A DNA stretch of 64,000 bases from Trypanosoma brucei (Eukaryota), in NCBI GenBank assembly GCA_000002445.1, contig CH464491.1, positions 672,001 through 736,000 of the forward strand, written 5' to 3'. The position numbers were made by a program, and so were the translations under genes. Below the pieces are notes generated by a model, which saw nothing but the letters and a program-made list of their open reading frames with translations, had not been told where the DNA came from and made no database searches. Position 1 is the stretch's first letter, and each line of letters starts with the position of its first letter. Shown here piece after piece: positions 50,616 to 61,614 of the stretch.

Positions 50616-52253
50616 TTACATGTTCGATGATTCGGAGACCACCTCATCGTCCCTGCGAATGAATATGACTGGCGGAGGGTTACGAAGCAGCTGATGGATG
50701 ACGCGTGGGAGATGCTGGCGGAGCCCCTCCCCACCAACAGAAACGAGTGGTGATATCTCTGCTTTGATGGAACAGCTTCGCATCACTGCGACAGCTTCCT
50801 TTGCCTCGGTTACATCGACACCTCCCCTAATGCTCTCTTGCTCATCTGACATCGCAGCAGTCTCGAGAGCCGTGATTAACCACCGCGTGTGTTGGGAGAG
50901 CAAAAGTCGCACTGCATCTGCCGGTGTGTCTGATGCCGCTCCATCAGCATTCTTAACGGGGCCAAACTCATCATCGCGATCCACTTGCATGATACGAAAA
51001 GCCCCACTATCCTTTGGTGGATGGTCGCATTCATCAACGAAGCGGAAAAGGTCAAAGAGGAATGCCTCCAGTTTGATACCCATGACTGGGCCTTTGATCG
51101 TCGGTATCTTTTTACGCGCAGCGTGATACTGCGTGAATGACTTCATGCGTTCGGCTGCCAGTGACATAAAGTGAAGACTGCAGAGGTTTGAAGATATATT
51201 GGCGCAGTTAAACTTCAACTCACCAGTAGCATCATCGATTTCCTTCGCCCGATCACCAATTTCAGTATACTCCACCACACCCCATTTACCGCTTGCGCGA
51301 ACAAAAACGCCAACGCGCTCATCTGGGCCCCGTTTTGGGCACGTCTTGACGACAACGTGCGCCTCTTCTTCAATGGCATAACCAATGAACACTGGATCAG
51401 CAACGTTTGCTAGAAGGTTGTCGATGTTTCCAATCTGCACATATGCTATCCCAAGCTTACGCAAGTGTTGCAACAATGACTCTTTCACTTGCAGAGTCCC
51501 GTCCTTGTCTTTTGTGGCTCGGGGTGCGGCGAGTGCAGCAAAAACAGCGCCATTTCCACCCGGGGCGGCGCAAATACGACCGCGATTCTCCATGATAATT
51601 CTTCCCGTATTCTCGTCATAGCACGGCACAGATGATTGGGCAAAGAAATGCACCTGCTCCCTCTCAAGTCCAAAGTAGGAATTCTCCTCGAAGAACCGCT
51701 GCGTTTCGGCGTCATTTTGTCCTGATGTCATCACAAGAAGCTGCACCCGCGCTTTCCTCCCCGACCCAGATATGGATTCAGCAATCTCCTGGCGCCTACG
51801 TATCTTCTCGCAGTGCATCATGAAGAGTGACTTACGCTGTTGGAGGCCATCACATGTGAAGAATCCTTTCGGTTTATCGAACCCGAGTCGGGTACCACTA
51901 CCTCCTGCAAGGATGAGGAACGCTATTTGGCCCTTCTGAATAGCCTTATACCCAACTGCCTCCAAATTCTTTATACGTTTGGCTTGCCCACGACGGCGGT
52001 CTACGGAGGAAATATCGAAGAAGGAATCCTTTGCGGGTGGTTCAGCCAATGAAGCCGTCGAGCAGTTCTTCGAAATTTCTAAGCTCTCGCGCAGGACGTC
52101 GTTAAAGTGCCTGAAATCCACGCCCGCTAGTTCATTGGTGATTTGCGCCGTTAATGACGCCCTTTCCGCTTCACTTCCGTGCTCCAGTGCCGTGAGAATG
52201 TGATCCTGGTTTGCTCCAGTGAGGCGCTGAATGCACACGTCCCTGTCACTCAT
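50616..52253 (-). CDS. UAP: UDP-N-acetylglucosamine pyrophosphorylase (UAP), 545 aa.
   Basis: Nucleotidyltransferase signature LILAGGSGTRLGFDKPKG (cf. LLAGGQGTRLG..PKG), GGNGAVFAAL (cf. GNGGLY) and a UAP1-like overall length. 545 aa matches my recollection of T. brucei UAP. Confidence 0.8.
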   Translation of the reverse strand: MSDRDVCIQRLTGANQDHILTALEHGSEAERASLTAQITNELAGVDFRHFNDVLRESLEISKNCSTASLAEPPAKDSFFDISSVDRRRGQAKRIKNLEAVGYKAIQKGQIAFLILAGGSGTRLGFDKPKGFFTCDGLQQRKSLFMMHCEKIRRRQEIAESISGSGRKARVQLLVMTSGQNDAETQRFFEENSYFGLEREQVHFFAQSSVPCYDENTGRIIMENRGRICAAPGGNGAVFAALAAPRATKDKDGTLQVKESLLQHLRKLGIAYVQIGNIDNLLANVADPVFIGYAIEEEAHVVVKTCPKRGPDERVGVFVRASGKWGVVEYTEIGDRAKEIDDATGELKFNCANISSNLCSLHFMSLAAERMKSFTQYHAARKKIPTIKGPVMGIKLEAFLFDLFRFVDECDHPPKDSGAFRIMQVDRDDEFGPVKNADGAASDTPADAVRLLLSQHTRWLITALETAAMSDEQESIRGGVDVTEAKEAVAVMRSCSIKAEISPLVSVGGEGLRQHLPRVIHQLLRNPPPVIFIRRDDEVVSESSNM

Positions 52254-52734
52254 TATCTATAACACACGGAGCCAAAATGATTGACGATAACGAGGAAAAG
52301 GGATGTCAAAAAAAAAAAAAGATGAACAGTATCGTCTTCGCACAAACACTTTTAATCTCCCCCTTGCGCCTCCTGAAACTTTCTCGGGGTTGCAATACAA
52401 ACTTTTTCCTTTCCTTTGTCCAAACCTTTGTACGGTACCCTGTTACGGTGGCTGGGCAAGTTTGCAGGACAATCCTCAAGTCTGCAAACAACAGTCCACC
52501 TTTCCAGTAAATGAAGTATTCGTATGAAAGCGGGAAAACTTTGAAAAACAACACTGATTTCTACAAAACCAAAGAGAAAGGAAACAGAATGACGTCGCGA
52601 AGACATTATAGTTTTGTAAGGGAGAGCGCAGGCATACACAAATTAGTGTATATATTTTTTGTTGTGCACGCATCTATATTTTCACCAAAAAAACAAACTG
52701 AGTTTAAAGCTAAATACTCCCCGCCACCTGTGAG

Positions 52735-52757
52735 GACACACACACACACACACACAA
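52735..52757. repeat. (CA)11 microsatellite.
   Basis: Seen directly. Confidence 0.9.
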
Positions 52758-52897
52758 ACAAAAAAAAAGGTGGTGATAACAAAAAGACAGTACGTAAGCG
52801 AAAAGGAAAATACAAAACACATGAATTTGTTGTAACGCGTTCCTCCGTCGGAGTTCCCATACAACGGTAGCACCAGAAGAGAAGGACTTTTTCACAC

Positions 52898-55141
52898 TCA
52901 CAAACTTACCTTCCCTACAGAAGGGGGCGCCATCCACCGCGTATAGTCGTCTGCACGTGCATCAGTGGGGAAACCCGTATCATCCAAGGACCGGTTAGCG
53001 AAAAGCATGTAACGACCCAGGCGACGCGCCAGCTGCTTTTTGTCGTTCTGGGTGTCATTGAGTGTTTTTGTGACGTCCGTGACATCGTGTTTGTCCCTCA
53101 GAATAGTGGTCCATTCCTGCTCCACAAAGTTATCAAGCAGCGAGGCAGCCACATTAACCTTTTGCCTATTAACACGTCGCACTGTTTCATTGTGGTACTC
53201 CAGTGCTGTATGATATAGTGCCCGAGCCAGGTAGTAAATACGTTTCTCCAATTCCTTGTGCTTTGCACTCCCTTCCTCTGAAGAATTACGATCCGGTAAC
53301 CCAATATGTAATAAAAAAGAAATGTGTGGATCTTTCTTAATAATTGCTACAAAATGTGGCAACGTTGGCAAGTATGGCGGCATCGTGCGGTCGCGCTCGG
53401 TCACTCGCTGTGTGTGACAGGCTTGAACATCCTCGAAACTATGACGATAGATATCATTTGTTGCTGAATCATACAACTTTAGTGCCTCGACAGCTTTCCG
53501 CGTGAGACGGTCACGCTCCTCCGCCCGTACGGCGCGTGGGTTGAAGTAACTCCAATCGGAGTAGCTGCTAAAGGCGGAGGGACTATCTTCAGCGTGGGTA
53601 CTCCGTAGCAGTTTCTGGAAACTGACAATATCATCCCGATGGTGTTTTTGCTGCAACCTTCGTATATCTTGAGCTCGGGCGTCGATTGAGGTGGCCGTAT
53701 TACGTGGAAGCGACGGAAGCAAATGACCTCGCTTTTCGGCCATGACATTGGCTAGACTCATACCATCGGCAAGCGTGCGCGACGAGTCAGTTGAATATGG
53801 CCTCGTCAAAAACCCATGCGCGCTCGGAAACTTTACAAATGGGTTCTCGGACACTATCAAATTAAATTCACCAAAAAGAAGAACTTTGAGGAGTGGTAAG
53901 TTCTCCTCACAGCGCCATAACATATCAATAGGCGGGTAGGCGCCAGGTAGAACAGGAGGTCGCGCGGGCCTCCCCCTACTACCTTCGGAGGTTTTCTCGC
54001 TGTTTTTCTTGTTATCACTATTACCAATAACGCTACCTTCACCTCCAGGAGGTAATGTGGGGTCAGAGACAGCAGCTGCAGCCGCCACACCGCGTTGTAT
54101 ATCGGCATTCCTTAATAGTTCAACCGCTTTCATTATCTCCGTATCGTCCTTCGGCGGTGGATTGGAAAACAACAAATCAGCTGCATTCGGCTCGCGATGA
54201 CACCGAAGTACCACATGTGCTTCCACTGCGTTATCAATGTAGTACTTCTTCACCAGGTACACATAATAGTAATACGCCTCCAGAGTTGGGCACTTCGCTG
54301 CCAATGGGTGGCTGGAACGATCGTGCCCCTCTCCCCCAGAGCCTGCCATTTCCATCGGTGTCGAAATGGTTGGGGCGAAAACGGTGTCTTCAACTGCGGT
54401 GAAGATGTAGTGAAAGGATGTTGGATATGACGGCTTTCGCTCCGAGAGTATGGCACGGTATAGTAGAGCCTTCTCCCATATCATGTTGCTGTCGAGTGAA
54501 CGCTCCAACACCATTTCCTTAAATAGTTCCACCAGATGGAAGCGGCTACACCTATCAATGTGGATGGCTGGGAAATGTGGTTGGCGCTCGAACAGGTCAA
54601 GCATACCCTGCGCCCTCGCCACTTCGTCCAGGATTGATTGGGCTCTGCGACGCTTCAGTTCACCAGCCAGACGTCTGAAAGAGTGCGCTGGACGAAGAAA
54701 CATACCCGGTGGTGGCGCACCAGGGAGGTTATGATGGTCATTATCGACCGTATCACCGCGGGTGTCTCCTCTTTTCCCCTCCCGCCTGTTAACTGCAGCC
54801 GACAGTTCGCTACTGACGATATTGCCGTTAAATTTTTTCTCTGCTACGGCGCGGGCATCCATATACGTCCCCTTTGCCTTGTAACATCTGTGGAGCCAGT
54901 CTAGGTAGTCTGGTGTATATGCAACTCGCAACGGCCCGGGGTTTGTAATAAGTTTCTCAAACGCTTTCACATCTCGCGCACGCACTCCGCGCTCCATAGC
55001 ATACGAGAAATTGTGAATAGGGTTAAACTGCCCACGGCTGGTTATGTTACGGCACGTCCACACGTAAGCAGAGCCTAAACCAAGTGGCACATCGTCTGCA
55101 CTGCGGTAGCGGCACGTTGAGGCAAAGGAACACCGCCGCAT
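52898..55141 (-). CDS. Hypothetical conserved protein, 747 aa. No recognised domain. The true start may be an internal Met.
   Basis: Long clean ORF on the polycistron strand with protein-like composition. Confidence 0.6.
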   Translation of the reverse strand: MRRCSFASTCRYRSADDVPLGLGSAYVWTCRNITSRGQFNPIHNFSYAMERGVRARDVKAFEKLITNPGPLRVAYTPDYLDWLHRCYKAKGTYMDARAVAEKKFNGNIVSSELSAAVNRREGKRGDTRGDTVDNDHHNLPGAPPPGMFLRPAHSFRRLAGELKRRRAQSILDEVARAQGMLDLFERQPHFPAIHIDRCSRFHLVELFKEMVLERSLDSNMIWEKALLYRAILSERKPSYPTSFHYIFTAVEDTVFAPTISTPMEMAGSGGEGHDRSSHPLAAKCPTLEAYYYYVYLVKKYYIDNAVEAHVVLRCHREPNAADLLFSNPPPKDDTEIMKAVELLRNADIQRGVAAAAAVSDPTLPPGGEGSVIGNSDNKKNSEKTSEGSRGRPARPPVLPGAYPPIDMLWRCEENLPLLKVLLFGEFNLIVSENPFVKFPSAHGFLTRPYSTDSSRTLADGMSLANVMAEKRGHLLPSLPRNTATSIDARAQDIRRLQQKHHRDDIVSFQKLLRSTHAEDSPSAFSSYSDWSYFNPRAVRAEERDRLTRKAVEALKLYDSATNDIYRHSFEDVQACHTQRVTERDRTMPPYLPTLPHFVAIIKKDPHISFLLHIGLPDRNSSEEGSAKHKELEKRIYYLARALYHTALEYHNETVRRVNRQKVNVAASLLDNFVEQEWTTILRDKHDVTDVTKTLNDTQNDKKQLARRLGRYMLFANRSLDDTGFPTDARADDYTRWMAPPSVGKVSL

Positions 55142-56414
55142 AACCTTGACGTTGCTGTTTTTCGACCCACTTTCCCCCGAAACGGAAGGTACAGAAACCT
55201 TTCACAGATTAAACCCCCTTTTTCCTATCCCACCACCGTATCCACGCTGCGGTCCACCACTTAGGATGACACCTGCCTAATACTGGCCTCGCAGTTATTA
55301 TCCAACTCTCGATGTTTAGCTGGTTATGTTTTTCTCAATTAACGGTAACAGATCCTAGAGTGGCACTCGGTAAGCTTGCCGACAGGTTTCCCTAAGTGAA
55401 CAGTGCACCGGCTGCCGCGGCAGGAGCCACAATTTTTATTTTTTCAGGAGTTATTGGCGCCCTCCCTAAACCCTTAAATGCGCAGATCTGTACTATATGG
55501 GACTCAACAGTGTGCCAGTATTGCTGTAACAAAGGTGCTGGTGCGAATTAACACGCATAGACACACGCCCGCGCATTCCAACGTTACAGGTCGATACGGA
55601 GGAAGTAGAAGAAAGAAAAAAAACAAAAAAGGGGGAAATGGAAGGGCTTGTGATCAGCTACACAACTCGTTGGGCAAACTATGCCTTCTGGGCATGCTCA
55701 AGAAAATACAGAGATCAACATTTGGGGAATGTTTCAAATGAGGTACGCAGCGCACGGCACACGTACGGTTGTGGCGAGGGGCACACCTTCAACGGTGAGG
55801 AGGAAAGGGGGTGATAGAGGACAGGTAGTGCTCCTCTTGAAAATGAAGCTATCGAGAGGTTAGTGTTGGATGCATCACCGGTTTTAACCCCCGTACGGTT
55901 ACCCAAACGCCGGGACCGCAATCTGTACATAAAATGTTGGAGCGCGGAGAAGAGAGGTCACGAAATGCCTGCCGTAGTCAATATAACAAACGAGTCACAA
56001 CTGTAAAACAAACAAAAAGAAAGCACACAAAAAGCACCACTGAACCATTCAACTCCCTCCGGTGCTACACCCATCAATGTTGTTCCCGTCTCTTCTAGGC
56101 GATTGTTTTACACCAAAAAGGAATCCGTAGAGTTCGGCGAGTACTGACCCAGACGAATAATACGTCTCACTTCCATTCTATATATATATATATATACTTT
56201 TTGTAAATTGGGAATACTCTTCACCCTCTATTCAATTACCGCAACCCTCTCCTATCTAATTTCCTTGTATTCTTCTTCTCTTTCCACTTGCATCCACAAC
56301 TTTCACAATCCCAATACACCACCTACGGCTGCAACATAAGGGACCTCCCCTCCCCTTGTGTCCGGATACATATAAACAAGCTCATAAACACATATACAAT
56401 CACACCAGTAGATT

Positions 56415-57308
56415 CTACAGTTCAAAGGCAATGTCATGGTTTATATTCCCGTCCCCCATGTAGACCGTACCGTGTTTGTTCGTTTCCGGTACGTGATAGA
56501 AGACAGACCCAATGAATTTTGCGCTCATCCCCAAGACGACATTGCGAACGGGGTCGTACCGCAATCTCCACACACCACCAGGTAGATCATCACTGATTGG
56601 AAAGAAGATGGCATCAATGTCCTGGTCTTCCCCTAACCGCTCTAGTCCAGACTTCTCGTGCGTTTGCGTTCCCTGATTCCGCGCGAGTAACTGAAGGTAG
56701 GGATCCTCCGACCGCAGGTGGTAGTAATTGCGCAACGAAAGTGCCTCCTCAAAAGTGCGCTTGAGCCCTGCAAAGGCAATGTTTCGTTTAATCTCTGATG
56801 GGAGTTCGGTATTTCGCTGTTCTCGGTAGTAAGCACCACGCGGGGCTACGCGGCAGTGGTAATCGTGTGCCTCAACAAATAGCACGAGCCGTAGTGACTC
56901 CTTGTAACTCGCCGTGCTTCCCGTTAACTCATCGACCACACGATATTCATATGATGGATCACCCATGAAGGGGCCTCGCAGCTTGTACATGAGGGCTTGC
57001 TTATGCTTTGCTGTTTGTGTCATGTCCATACTCTTAGGGAATAGCGAGTCTGTGGTGCCGAGGTACACAAAGGAGTAGCCACCGTCCGTGGAGTAGTAAA
57101 TGACGGGCTGTGCGACAAGGTCGTCATCAAACGCCTGAAGGATAATATAATCGCTTTTAAACCCGTAAACTTTCCCCCACAGAATCATGTTGCGCCGCTT
57201 GCACTTCACTGTGAGTAGTGGAAGTGATGTTGCGAGTGCAACCCGTTCACTAGTGGAAAAGACATGCCCTGTTGCGTGGGCAAATGCAAAAATATCAGCC
57301 AGTGACAT
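56415..57308 (-). CDS. RSP9: Radial spoke head protein 9 (RSP9/RSPH9) homologue, about 298 aa. The longest ORF extends to 57464, but the N-terminal 52 codons look like read-through of 5' UTR.
   Basis: Blocks match human RSPH9: MILWGKVYGFKSDYIILQA (VLFWGRILGLVADYYIAQG), GPFMGDPSYEYRV (GRFMGDPSYEYEH), YYHLRSEDP (YFHFREP) and GSVFYHVPETNKHGTVYMGDG (GLTFYHAPRTKNYGYVYVGTG). Confidence 0.8.
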   Translation of the reverse strand: MSLADIFAFAHATGHVFSTSERVALATSLPLLTVKCKRRNMILWGKVYGFKSDYIILQAFDDDLVAQPVIYYSTDGGYSFVYLGTTDSLFPKSMDMTQTAKHKQALMYKLRGPFMGDPSYEYRVVDELTGSTASYKESLRLVLFVEAHDYHCRVAPRGAYYREQRNTELPSEIKRNIAFAGLKRTFEEALSLRNYYHLRSEDPYLQLLARNQGTQTHEKSGLERLGEDQDIDAIFFPISDDLPGGVWRLRYDPVRNVVLGMSAKFIGSVFYHVPETNKHGTVYMGDGNINHDIAFEL

Positions 57309-57654
57309 AAGTAGCGCTACACAAGTTAAAAGGTAAAGGATTCCAAGGCACCAAAGATAGCAGATGATGGAAGAGGAGAGATGAATAAGTGATATATTAA
57401 CACGGTTCAAAGCAAGTGAAGGCAGGAGAGAGACAGCACTCAAGCGGGTGCAACACGTCCCCAAAAAGCAAGAAGTGCACCGTCATTAACACTCACAAAA
57501 AAATGTATCCACATGGATGGGATACATGGTCAGTAGAAATCGTACACATCGCGCACGAAAAAAGCGATTCCGTTGCGCAAGTTTCAACTGTTATACGTCT
57601 TGCATTGACTTTCCATTTGACAGCTGCCAATAGTGAAAAGTTGCCCGAGGGCAA

Positions 57655-59178
57655 TCAAAGAGTGGGTCGGAAAACATCGCGCACACCTCTATGACTTATG
57701 GAAAAACAACACTGTCCCTGCGGCTGTGCGGGGCTTTTTACGAGCCGTGCCACACGGTGCTGAGCTGCATGAAGCCGCTTGCTACCACTTCCGCCATCAG
57801 AATCGTTGCAGCTGGTGGTACTATCCTGTCCTGACGGCATCACGAACACCATGTTGTCATGGCACTTCTCTCCTCGCTTTTCTATTTCATTGTGATGCAG
57901 CACATCGTGCTGATGAGTAAGAAGAAGACGTGTGGAGAGGGCGTACGCCCATGAATCGCCTAGAGCTGGCACAAGAGTCCGGAAACCGCCATCCACACCA
58001 CGAATATCCCCCATACGTGTTGCCATTTGATTACTCACTACAATACAGAGGTTCAACTCTCGTGCATGATCCTGCAGTAGCTGTCCACATCTGAATAGCA
58101 ACCTTGCGCGCTGCCAGCCAAGTTGTCTAGACGTCGGAATGCCACTGTTCATGCCGGTTGAGTCATCAACGCCGGCCACGCTCTTGCCCACCGCCCCGTG
58201 ACTTTCAGTAACGCCACCACTGTTGGAGTTGACGTTCAACTGCAATAAAGAGCGAAAGGGAAATGCGATAGAGTCGATGATCACCATTCGGATCCCTGGG
58301 TGGGAGGCAATGTACGCGGGAAGTCCGTTCAGCAGTGCCATAAGAGACACTACATCCAACACGCGAACGTACTGTGTTCGCTGAAGAATATAATCTACTG
58401 TGAAAGAGCCAACTATTGCACCAAGCGGGGGTGGGACCGCAGCCTCAACCCTTCCCCTCTTGCGAGATTCTACTGAGGACGTGGTGCACGTCTGCTCTGC
58501 TGTCACCTCATTCATCGCACCATTGAGGAAAGATGCCTGCCTCACACCGTTTTCCTCGTTTGTCACCCCAACATTACCTGCTCCGAGTCCTTCTTTCTCA
58601 CGTTGTAGTACGATTTCCCTCACATGCCCCACGGCAGCTGATGCAATCTCCCGAAACCGTTCAGGTAAAAAGCTCCCCTCCGTGTCAATAAACAAACACC
58701 CGCCCTGTAACCCACCAAGTTCCTTCGGCAAAACGCAATTCACCGCCAGCTGCATTGACAGTTGTGTTTTACCAACTCCCGGGGGTCCACAAATCTCCGT
58801 AAGGGTTCCCACTTGCAATCCACCACCCAAAAGAATATCAAGACTCCGGCAAAGTGTTGTTACATTTTCTATGCCCTTGGTTGCCTCAGCATCGAGCAAT
58901 TCTCGTAACGTACGAATAGCAGGAGTCCTGCAAACAGCGGAAGGTAAAACGACTCGAGCCGTCTCAATCGCCTCTGTGTGTGTGAGTTGTGAACAATTCT
59001 GCTGTAGGCGCTTCGCCGCAGCATTGAGGTGAGAGTCATCCAAAAACTTTCCTACGTTGAATGTTGTTTCAACACCGCCTTGAGCACACCGACATAAATC
59101 TCTAAGCCACAGGAAACCGGCGTTTTGCAATTTTGCCTTTAGGGAAGGGGTAAGTGAGGAGCATTGCTCCACGGACAT
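57655..59178 (-). CDS. RAD51/RecA-family paralogue (RAD51C/XRCC3-like), 507 aa. It has an insertion between Walker A and B and a C-terminal extension.
   Basis: Walker A ICGPPGVGKTQLSMQL, then FIDTEGSF, then a Walker B-like MVIIDSIAFPF. An N-terminal helix-hairpin-helix-like region is present. It is about 150 aa longer than canonical RAD51 paralogues. From memory it may correspond to T. brucei RAD51-3. Confidence 0.75.
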   Translation of the reverse strand: MSVEQCSSLTPSLKAKLQNAGFLWLRDLCRCAQGGVETTFNVGKFLDDSHLNAAAKRLQQNCSQLTHTEAIETARVVLPSAVCRTPAIRTLRELLDAEATKGIENVTTLCRSLDILLGGGLQVGTLTEICGPPGVGKTQLSMQLAVNCVLPKELGGLQGGCLFIDTEGSFLPERFREIASAAVGHVREIVLQREKEGLGAGNVGVTNEENGVRQASFLNGAMNEVTAEQTCTTSSVESRKRGRVEAAVPPPLGAIVGSFTVDYILQRTQYVRVLDVVSLMALLNGLPAYIASHPGIRMVIIDSIAFPFRSLLQLNVNSNSGGVTESHGAVGKSVAGVDDSTGMNSGIPTSRQLGWQRARLLFRCGQLLQDHARELNLCIVVSNQMATRMGDIRGVDGGFRTLVPALGDSWAYALSTRLLLTHQHDVLHHNEIEKRGEKCHDNMVFVMPSGQDSTTSCNDSDGGSGSKRLHAAQHRVARLVKSPAQPQGQCCFSISHRGVRDVFRPTL

Positions 59179-59532
59179 TTGTCACCCTCTATTGTTTGCT
59201 GGCTACAAAAGTAACGCAGCGTGAAAATGTGAGAAAAGAGAAATGTGGTTGAAAACGAAGTTTGCCTTCGGGAGAGGCCAAAGGAAAGGTAGCTACCAAT
59301 GAAATAAATAAGGCGTGCGAAGAACGCATTGCAATTTATGGTATTTCCTGAAATTTGAACACGGAGGAATTTATTTCCCTTCCCTCCCGGGAACCCCGCC
59401 ATACAGTTACTGCCTCTCGCTCGTCCCCTCTGCGGTTCTTTTTATGAGTATACAACACAAATCCAAGCCGCCATCAGTGGATGCACCACCGCATTCGCAC
59501 TTCCCTTTCCTCCTTTTCCTCTTCCCTCCATC

Positions 59533-60831
59533 TCAACAAAAAAAACTTTTTTGCAACTCCATAGGTAATGGCCACGACCTGTACTGTGACAAACAGTCAC
59601 GTTGAAGCATCAAACAAACCGCGAAGAACTTACTGCCATGTGCGCTACACAGAGATGTAGAGGAGACGGTTGGGTGCACATGGGAGCAAGTTTCTGCCGC
59701 AGTGCCGTCACAGCCAACGGGCGCCGCATCCATAGTAACTACGGGGCGCCACACATTTTGAAGTTGCATTTCCACAAGTCTTCGGCGCACGACCATGTGG
59801 AGCATCACCTGAGTAAACAAAAAAACGAACGGTGGGAATGGAACAAGGACCTCGCTCCCCCCATGAAATCCGTGTGCGATACGCTGATACAGGCGAGGAC
59901 AATTGTCAGTTTCCACCCAATTGGCCATGCGCGATATCGTGTAAAAAAAATCTATCCTGTACCCTCCCGTCTCGTCCAGCACATCTGATGTATATCCCAC
60001 CTCTTCTGCGCAGTGCAAAACCCTCTCCAAAATCATTACTGACTTGCTGGCGGAGGGCCCATCTTGTGTATAGAGATAATATAATAATGTACACGCTAAC
60101 AACACATCACCGTCAGCCAAGGGCACGAAGGTATTGTGGTCATTACCACAAATCAATGTGTGTGCAACTGTGGAGCACAGAACAACATCCTCACTATTTT
60201 TACCCTTCTCCATGCCACTGTCAGGAATACTGTTACTCTGGCGGACACTCCGCTGTTCACACTCTCGGCTATACGTTTCCAAGAGCTTATGCGATTCAGC
60301 AAAAGACATACCGCAGATAAGCAATTCCAAATCATTAAGAATCACAGCTACGCACAAGCACAGCATGCAAACGCGTGCACAAAGTTTATCCATTTGGGTA
60401 CAGCCATTCGATGCCTCAGTTGTCTGAAGAGAGGGAGTGCTACCAGCCCAGGCACAAAATTGTTCAAATGATTGCGTATCCACCCCTTCGCGGACTACAC
60501 GTCCTGATTGCGCCGTCATCTCCTGCATAACTGCCCTTAATTGACTCGCCAGTTCCTCTAACTTACGGGCAGCCTTGCGCTTTGTCGTCTGCTGAAGAAT
60601 TCCCTTCACATCAGTTTCAGTAACCAGTTGCTCCAATAATTCGTACCACTGTGTTGTGGCGTCTACTGTGGACTCTTCCAACTGCGCCAGCGAGCGTAAT
60701 TTCACCGGTATACTGCGTGTGTACGGGCGGCGAATCCATTCCTCTTTTTTTTCATCTGTCATCCCACAGCAGGAGAGGCAAGTGATGGGAATACACGGGA
60801 AGTCGGAGCAGTAAATTATCCCCACCTGCAC
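59533..60831 (-). CDS. Hypothetical protein, up to 432 aa (the start may be the second Met, MTDEKKEEW, at about 60762).
   Basis: Clean ORF on the polycistron strand. No family recognised. Confidence 0.5.
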   Translation of the reverse strand: MQVGIIYCSDFPCIPITCLSCCGMTDEKKEEWIRRPYTRSIPVKLRSLAQLEESTVDATTQWYELLEQLVTETDVKGILQQTTKRKAARKLEELASQLRAVMQEMTAQSGRVVREGVDTQSFEQFCAWAGSTPSLQTTEASNGCTQMDKLCARVCMLCLCVAVILNDLELLICGMSFAESHKLLETYSRECEQRSVRQSNSIPDSGMEKGKNSEDVVLCSTVAHTLICGNDHNTFVPLADGDVLLACTLLYYLYTQDGPSASKSVMILERVLHCAEEVGYTSDVLDETGGYRIDFFYTISRMANWVETDNCPRLYQRIAHGFHGGSEVLVPFPPFVFLFTQVMLHMVVRRRLVEMQLQNVWRPVVTMDAAPVGCDGTAAETCSHVHPTVSSTSLCSAHGSKFFAVCLMLQRDCLSQYRSWPLPMELQKSFFC

Positions 60832-60872
60832 ACCCCCTTTGGTTGTTGGTTGTGAACCTTATATTGAGTGTT

Positions 60873-60898
60873 TGTGTGTGTGTGTGTGTGTGTGTGTG
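60873..60898. repeat. (TG)13 microsatellite.
   Basis: Seen directly in the intergenic spacer. Confidence 0.9.
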
Positions 60899-61574
60899 GA
60901 GGGAGGGGGGTATAAAAAAGAAGAGCAAAAAATAAATAGACGTGGTGAACGCAAAGATACAGTGAGTGGAAGATAGAAAAGTGCAGAAAGAGTGCATCAA
61001 CCATGGTCAGTTTATGCAACCACACAACTGCTTTTCTGCATTACCAACAAAGTTGAGTGCGCCTTTCATTCATACAGGAAGCAATGCACTTTCCGCGATA
61101 CCGCCATCTATAGGGTCCTAGAGAGGTGGGAGGTGCAGAGAAGAAAGAAAAAGGCAGAGGAACATTATGGCACCATATTGGCATGCCGAGGAAAGAGAAA
61201 GCACGAAACATGGGCACCGGTGAAGGAAGAAGGCAGAAAAAAAAATGAAAAAGCGAAGTCACCGTAGCGAGATGGTTTATGAAGGAGAGGTAAGGTGAGG
61301 TAAACATTTGGTGGTATGGCAATATCGCTATTAGAGGTCGCGTGAGCATACCTTTACCTTCAGATATACATTTCTAAATTACTATTTTCTTTTTTTTTTT
61401 TTCCTCCTGTCTCCATCATATCATTCTTGACTAATAATACAAACTGCTTCAATACATAACAAGCACCGCCCCTTTGCTTTTTGCATTAATTCCACTTCTC
61501 TCACCACAACTTATGCCGAGTGATTGCCGTCCCATCCAAAACTATATTTGCTGTACGCCGATGGTGAGGACTCA

Positions 61575-61614
61575 AACACACACATACACATACACACACA
61601 CGCACACACACACG
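61575..61614. repeat. Imperfect (CA)n microsatellite.
   Basis: acacacacatacacatacacacacacgcacacacacacgc. Confidence 0.8.

Noticed and set aside
55330-55450. 12-bp palindrome ctgccgcggcag followed by ttttatttttt, resembling an intrinsic terminator or pol III terminator.
   Set aside because: Eukaryotic context. It is a single short hairpin with no recognisable upstream small-RNA gene (A/B boxes, snoRNA C/D boxes), so it is probably chance. I mention it only as a low-priority place to look for an ncRNA.
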